From positions 1 to 6,624 of the forward strand of contig JAGLRQ010000093.1 in assembly GCA_023136205.1 (NCBI GenBank): a DNA stretch of 6,624 nt, given 5' to 3'. Position numbers and translations under genes: made by a program. The notes beneath the pieces were generated by a model. The model ran no database searches. It was not told the DNA's origin and was given only the letters and a program-made list of their open reading frames with translations. Below, piece by piece: positions 4,251 to 6,624 of the stretch (positions are counted from its first letter, which is position 1; each line of letters starts with the position of its first letter). The DNA comes from Candidatus Auribacterota bacterium. GTDB lineage: Bacteria; Auribacterota; UBA6266.

Positions 4251-6514
4251 TTACCTTCTGAATTTTTAACAAAAAGTGCATGGATTTTTTTATCAAATTC
4301 AGCAAGTAAATCTTTATCTTTTTGGCTTTCATCAAAAGCCGACTTTGATACTTCATATTCACCTGTTTCAACATCAACATAGGCAAAAAATTTATTTCCG
4401 TGTTTAAGCGCCAGAATTTTCGAATTCTCAGACCAAATTAAAGTTCCCTTCGTAGAACTGGAAAACACTTTCATAGGAATGTCATCAGGAGACTTTGATA
4501 TATAAATTATATAGCTGGGATCAAGAAATGATGTATCTTCAACATAAACACGATATTTCCCGTTAGGGGCAACTGATTTCATAATAATTCTCCCAATATC
4601 AAAGAAACTTGGTCCGGCAAATTCCATAAAGGTTTTCCCGTCTTTCGAGATAAAATGGGTCCTTGGCAATTCAAACCAATCCTTTTCAGCAGGAATCCCA
4701 TCTTTTGGCAAGTGAATACATGAAACTGTTACAATTTTTTCACCCTTAACATTGGTATCCGTGGTACTGATATCTAAGAGATAATCTACATCTGGAATTT
4801 TAAACTGGGACCAACTTTTACCTCCATTGTTTGATTCTTCTATAATGTAGGGAATACCATTTTCCGGATGATTCGTTTTTTTTATGCCCCAAATGAATAA
4901 ACGATTCTTAGGCAAGAAAAACATACCTTTAGGATAGTAAGGAATATTATCGCGTATTATTGTCCAATTATTCCTCATAGGACTATCTTCGGAAGTTAAC
5001 AGCACAGGAGGTGTACTGTAGAGCAACCAATACTTCTCACCATAAGACAAGGCTGACAGAGCTTGATTATACGGAGGTAAAATTTCATCTTTTACTACAG
5101 GACACTTAGCTTCCCAATATTTAACATTATGTTTAAACCAATATTTGCGAGTTTTATGTCCAACTTTTGGCAGTGTAGCAAAGTCCCTTTCTTGTTTTTT
5201 CCATGCAATTTGTTGATATCGTGCAGTGTGCCCATCAATCAAAACTTGTATATCCGCCATAATTTTATCCGACCATTCTCTGTAAGGTTGAGGAAGAATG
5301 ATTGAAACTTGGTCAAACTGAATTTCATATCCCGATTTTACATCGCTTGCACAGAAGTTGAGCTTATCATTACTGGTACATCCTTCAGGCAAAATAAGAG
5401 AAATATCCAGTTTTTCGATATTTGCATTTGCCGGTGCAGTTGTACTCAATCTAAATCCTAATCTATCAGAATTCTCAGAGTAATGACCGTACATCGACAG
5501 TTGAGGCAATTTAATACGGCGTTTACTATAATATTCGTTATAATTTTTCTCATAAATTTCCAAATAGTATTCTTCATATTCTTCTTTTTCTACTAAACTG
5601 CCAATCCCGGTTTCAACCTTTCCGGTTAGATTACCAAAAAGATCATAACTTTCAGCTTTTTCTAAAACATGGTTTTCTCCGAACTTTCTGTAAAGCATCA
5701 ATGTCCCGGATGGGTACCATCTTTTTCCGCCTTCTTTTGCTTTCTTTCCGTTCTCGTAATACCGGACAGATGGTCCGACTTGCTTTCCGTCAATATAATT
5801 ACTCGTTGATCGAATTTGTCCATTTCTATACCAACCTGTCGATTTCCCATGTTTAAAGCCGTCTCTGTAATTCTGCTCGATGTTTTTCTGTCCACCAGAC
5901 ATCCATTTAGTCATTGTGCCATGCAGTTTCGCATCCCTGTAGTGAGACTCTTTAAACTTCAGGCCTTTCTCATAATCTCTATATAAAATTTCTAGCCCTT
6001 CTTTTACACCATTCTTATAATTCGCGAATCCTATAATCTTAGCGCGTGTATTTTTCATCGGTCTATCAAACAGAACCCTTTTCCCTTTCCCATTCTCTAT
6101 TTGAGATAACATTATTCCAGAATCATTAAAGTAGGAGCCTGTTAAAAGTTTTCCGTCTTTAATGTTTTCTTCAAATTTAATTTTGCCATCAGGATACCAT
6201 TTTTTTTGGAGTCCGTGTTTGAGAGAGTTCTTATAGGATATAAAACTTGCAGGCATGCCGTTAAGGTATAAATGTAGTACCGATCCATCTTTCATTGCCT
6301 TTTGCATAATACAAATTTTTTCTGCCCGGGACATGTCTTTATAAGGCTTCATAGTTGCAAGTGGGTTGTAAATAAAGATATTTGGATCTTTAAGACATTT
6401 TTCAACGAATGCTCGTGCTGCAGTTTCATGGCTACTCTCTTCCGCATACCCCAATATGGTCATTAGGGTTAATCCTAAAATTATCACTGTAAGATTCTTT
6501 GGAATTGATTGCAT
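4244..6514 (-). CDS. Secreted multidomain protein, 756 aa: N-terminal MORN-variant (MORN_2/YwqK-like) repeats, Tyr/Glu-rich linker, uncharacterised middle region, Asp-box-containing beta-propeller-like C-terminal region
   Basis: - Start and stop: ATG at 6514..6512, TAA at 4246..4244.
- Signal peptide: MQSIPKNLTVIILGLTLMTILGYA|EE.
- Residues ~80-280 (5675-6277) carry repeated [YW]-x-[DN]-G-x(5-7)-Y-x-[DN]-G-K-x-x-G units, for example KHGLQKKWYPDGKIKFEENIKDGK, NYRDGFKHGKSTGWYRNGQIRSTSNYIDGKQVGPSVRYYENGKK.
- Linker: EEYEEYYLEIYEKNYNEYY (5516-5587).
- SNNGGKSW (4811-4834) fits the Asp-box/BNR pattern S-x-[DN]-x-G-x-[ST]-W.
- The C-terminal TLIWSENSKILALKHGNKFFAYVDVETGE looks like a propeller blade.
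- Only a weak SD (GGAAG) is present. Confidence 0.88.
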   Translation of the reverse strand: MQSIPKNLTVIILGLTLMTILGYAEESSHETAARAFVEKCLKDPNIFIYNPLATMKPYKDMSRAEKICIMQKAMKDGSVLHLYLNGMPASFISYKNSLKHGLQKKWYPDGKIKFEENIKDGKLLTGSYFNDSGIMLSQIENGKGKRVLFDRPMKNTRAKIIGFANYKNGVKEGLEILYRDYEKGLKFKESHYRDAKLHGTMTKWMSGGQKNIEQNYRDGFKHGKSTGWYRNGQIRSTSNYIDGKQVGPSVRYYENGKKAKEGGKRWYPSGTLMLYRKFGENHVLEKAESYDLFGNLTGKVETGIGSLVEKEEYEEYYLEIYEKNYNEYYSKRRIKLPQLSMYGHYSENSDRLGFRLSTTAPANANIEKLDISLILPEGCTSNDKLNFCASDVKSGYEIQFDQVSIILPQPYREWSDKIMADIQVLIDGHTARYQQIAWKKQERDFATLPKVGHKTRKYWFKHNVKYWEAKCPVVKDEILPPYNQALSALSYGEKYWLLYSTPPVLLTSEDSPMRNNWTIIRDNIPYYPKGMFFLPKNRLFIWGIKKTNHPENGIPYIIEESNNGGKSWSQFKIPDVDYLLDISTTDTNVKGEKIVTVSCIHLPKDGIPAEKDWFELPRTHFISKDGKTFMEFAGPSFFDIGRIIMKSVAPNGKYRVYVEDTSFLDPSYIIYISKSPDDIPMKVFSSSTKGTLIWSENSKILALKHGNKFFAYVDVETGEYEVSKSAFDESQKDKDLLAEFDKKIHALFVKNSEGKK

Positions 6515-6544
6515 TTAAAAACTTCCAGACAAAAGTTATTTACT

Positions 6545-6562
6545 ACAATATCATGATCATGA
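6545..6562 (-). promoter_or_regulatory. Candidate extended -10 promoter (TGaTATTGT) abutting a 12-bp perfect palindrome TCATGATCATGA (candidate operator) upstream of the 756-aa gene
   Basis: tcatgatcatga at 6551-6562 is its own reverse complement and has a central GATC. In minus sense it is followed directly by TATTGT (6550..6545), giving TG-A-TATTGT (extended -10-like, 4/6 to TATAAT). This lies 31-48 nt upstream of the ATG at 6514. No good -35 is seen. Confidence 0.3.
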
Positions 6563-6624
6563 AATACATAAAAATTTACTTTTTCTGTATCTAACGTCTG
6601 AGCTCAGTGGCGTTGCGCACACGC

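Noticed and set aside
6595-6624. GC-rich stretch at the right edge (cgtctgagctcagtggcgttgcgcacacgc). Its GAGCTCAGTGG resembles a tRNA D-arm (TAGCTCAGTTGG...).
   Set aside because: The would-be D-stem does not close: gctc is followed by ...ttgc/gcgc rather than gagc. Position 8 is not T and the spacing is off. Only about 27 nt are visible before the window ends. It could be the start of some structured or repeated element, but nothing can be supported from this fragment.
1-6624. CRISPR array, insertion sequence, prophage or toxin-antitoxin content (YwqK-like repeats are sometimes annotated as antitoxin).
   Set aside because: - There are no regularly spaced repeats longer than two units.
- There is no transposase, integrase or phage gene.
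- The MORN-variant repeats sit in a 756-aa signal-peptide protein rather than a small cytoplasmic antitoxin, and no toxin-like neighbour is present.

Overview
Low-GC bacterial segment (about one-third G+C by eye). Every credible gene is on the minus strand. In transcription order (right to left):
- 4244-6514: a 756-aa signal-peptide protein with N-terminal MORN-variant (YwqK-like) repeats, a Tyr/Glu-rich linker and an Asp-box/beta-propeller-like C-terminal part.
- 2938-4158: a secreted serpin with a canonical inhibitory hinge.
- 1647-2789 (alternative starts 2816 or 2996): a protein with a signal peptide, a C-terminal TM helix and an HExxH...E gluzincin (Peptidase_MA-like) motif.
- 612-1370: a secreted LamG/concanavalin-type jelly-roll protein.
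- 372-557: a doubtful small ORF with a TM helix and an acidic tail.
- 1-188: the first 62 codons of a protein without a signal peptide, running off the left edge.

I see no rRNA, convincing tRNA, CRISPR array, transposase or integrase.

The most interesting content is the co-directional block of signal-peptide proteins centred on a serpin / metallopeptidase-like pair. The non-coding structure is also notable:
- A 42-nt element (41/42 identical) lies just upstream of two unrelated start codons (211-252 and 4160-4201). As direct repeats, the two copies also bracket the serpin-peptidase-LamG block.
- GTAAAGG/GGA-rich micro-repeat arrays sit at two stop codons.
- There is a 13-bp perfect inverted repeat at 277-342.
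- A tandem ATTAAT-containing decamer lies in the serpin-peptidase spacer.
- A 12-bp perfect palindrome abuts an extended -10-like motif upstream of the 756-aa gene.

All family assignments come from motif recognition by eye. No database search was possible.
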